Shown here piece by piece: positions 62,136 to 64,000 of a stretch of 64,000 bases of DNA. The DNA is taken from NCBI RefSeq assembly GCF_037042905.1, contig NC_087248.1, positions 18,476,001-18,540,000 on the forward strand. The letters are read 5' to 3'. This DNA comes from Lytechinus pictus. Lineage: Eukaryota. The notes under the pieces are model-generated. The model searched no databases. It saw nothing but the letters and a program-made list of their open reading frames with translations, and had not been told where the DNA came from. Every line of letters begins with the position of its first letter. Position 1 is the first letter of the stretch. Both the position numbers and the translations under genes were made by a program.

Positions 62136-62373
62136 TCAAGTTTATTCACAAGCTTTCGGCCATGAATGGGCCTTCTTCAGGTATCTTGAATTTTATGGTG
62201 AGTTCTTGACTGTTCAGGTGTGTATATATATGAATGTAATTACATTCATATATGTGATTACATTCATATATACACACATACATACAAACACCTGAACAGT
62301 CAAGAACTTACCATAAAATTCAAGATACCTGAATAAGGCCCATTTATGGCCGAAAGCTTGTGAATAAACTTGA
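62136..62373. mobile_element. Inverted pair of Penelope-like terminal repeats with hammerhead-like motifs
   Basis: ~85-bp arms; each reads outward CTGAA(G/T)A-a-ggcc(N7)ggcc-GAAA-gctt followed by AATAAA. Confidence 0.55.
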
Positions 62374-62374
62374 C

Positions 62375-62527
62375 NNNNNNNNNNNNNNNNNNNNNNNNNN
62401 NNNNNNNNNNNNNNNNNNNNNNNNNNNNNNNNNNNNNNNNNNNNNNNNNNNNNNNNNNNNNNNNNNNNNNNNNNNNNNNNNNNNNNNNNNNNNNNNNNNN
62501 NNNNNNNNNNNNNNNNNNNNNNNNNNN
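62375..62527. other. Assembly gap (N)
   Basis: Run of N. Confidence 1.
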
Positions 62528-62655
62528 TTTAGTAAATGTACAGACGTGTTTTCACGACTGTTTCAGAAACGGATTTTGAATTCTCTTTTTTTGTCACATC
62601 ATGGGCACTGACGAAGAGTATGACTTTACCTTTCATTTTTTAGAGCAATGCTCCT

Positions 62656-62661
<6 letters not shown>

Positions 62662-62729
<68 letters not shown>
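62662..62729. repeat. (TA)n microsatellite followed by a Tc1-type MITE end (cagtccgtcccacaaaaaacg)
   Basis: Direct reading. Confidence 0.9.
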
Positions 62730-62732
<3 letters not shown>

Positions 62733-63534
62733 TCCGTCCCACAAAAAACGAAACCGAGAAATACAATAGACAAGTGACCTACCATTGTAAAGCTTAGAAT
62801 CTCCTCTTTCATCTGAAATCACTAAGATTATTTCTCATTCACGCATGAGTGAGCAAACACAATTTGAAGAAAGGATACCAAAAACTCATTTGGCGGGGGG
62901 TATCTGAATTTCAAAAAGAAAATCACATGCCTAAAAAGTTTAATATCTGCTCTTTTATTTCATACCTTAATCACAGAAAATGGTCAAGAAGCGAGACAGG
63001 ACTATAACAAACAGATTCCTCAAAGTGGAAATTAAATTATTAATTCAATTGAAAGTATTTATATTATAATATAGATTACATTTCAAATACAGTTACTTTG
63101 AAATCAGTAGACGTAGACACAATAAAATTAACGAATTAAGGGCGAAATACAATACAAGTATAGTATTCATGGTATTAGTGATGGTTTTACTGTTGTTGGA
63201 AATAGAGTGAACTGAAAAACGAATCATTGATGATTAAACGTATACGAACGCATGATAAACAGTATTATTCTCATTCATAAAGGGCCAAAATAAGGCTACC
63301 TAAAAGGGAAAGAAATTAAGACATTTATAAAAGCCTCTTTCTTTTACAATGAAAGCTACAAATAAATGAGAATCGTGGCGTGCGCATCTCGTCAACATTT
63401 TCGTCTGACAAGTTGTCAGATTTGACTGGCTGATAAATCATTTTTACTATGGCAATTGTATCTTATAAAACGTCCGTCAAATCCTAAAATGAAAAGCTCC
63501 CCAAACTGATGAAAAGATTGACCCCGGGGTTCGG

Positions 63535-63806
63535 CGGGGCCCTGGGAACGATTAAAAAAAAAAATTACTGGGGGTGCTGATGTAAATCTGATAACAAAAA
63601 AATTGTTTCACAACACAGTAGAGGTTATCTTGGTTCAGAGAAATTTGACAAACAAAAAAAAGGAAAAAAAGAGCTTTCACTGCAAAATATAGGTTTTTTT
63701 TTTTCTTTTTAAAATTTCTACCTTTTTATCACCTACCAGAGTTTCCAGGGGGTGCTGCCTATAAGTATAATAATACACGCATCACCGCCCGCTTCCCAGG
63801 GCCATG
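63535..63806. mobile_element. hAT-type MITE
   Basis: cggggccctgggaa / ttcccagggccatg; TSD gggttcgg / ggattcgg. Confidence 0.7.
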
Positions 63807-64000
63807 GGATTCGGGGTTCGCGAAATGGGTAACCTTTTCGGACCATGCATGGTGTTAGAGGTCGGTTTCAATGTTTGAATAATCGTATCTGATTTATACA
63901 CGCTTGCAAACGCAACACACAAACTGTTATCGACTATGTTCACATCTACTGCAGACAGTATAGAGTTTTGTATTATTATTTTATGAATCCTTTATCTTGT

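Overview
Animal genomic DNA with spliced genes and dense MITE/SINE/LINE content; the repeat repertoire suggests an echinoid (sea urchin), which is inference. Positions 4982-34084 (+) hold 23 GT-AG coding exons that I could join in phase into one ORF of about 2,773 aa. It encodes a ROCO kinase (ankyrin-LRR-ROC-COR-kinase-WD40-like), and its 5' exons lie upstream of the window. The kinase alphaC insert resembles invertebrate Lrrk/LRK-1 ('LRRK3-type') more than vertebrate LRRK1 or LRRK2, and COR carries two very large insertions. A probable 3' UTR of about 5.8 kb runs to ~39870. The remaining ~24 kb has no intact gene. It contains a stop-interrupted signal-anchor ORF with a splice donor (41801-42169), nested hAT elements, a decayed CR1/L2 LINE, satellites, CpG-retaining enhancer-like blocks, a perfect RFX X-box and a Penelope-type inverted repeat carrying minimal hammerhead-ribozyme motifs. 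A second hammerhead-like motif lies in an LRRK intron. There are two N-gaps. I found no rRNA, tRNA or CRISPR, and nothing I can claim as a demonstrably new system; the best leads are the ribozyme motifs, the cryptic membrane ORF and the LRRK3-type architecture.
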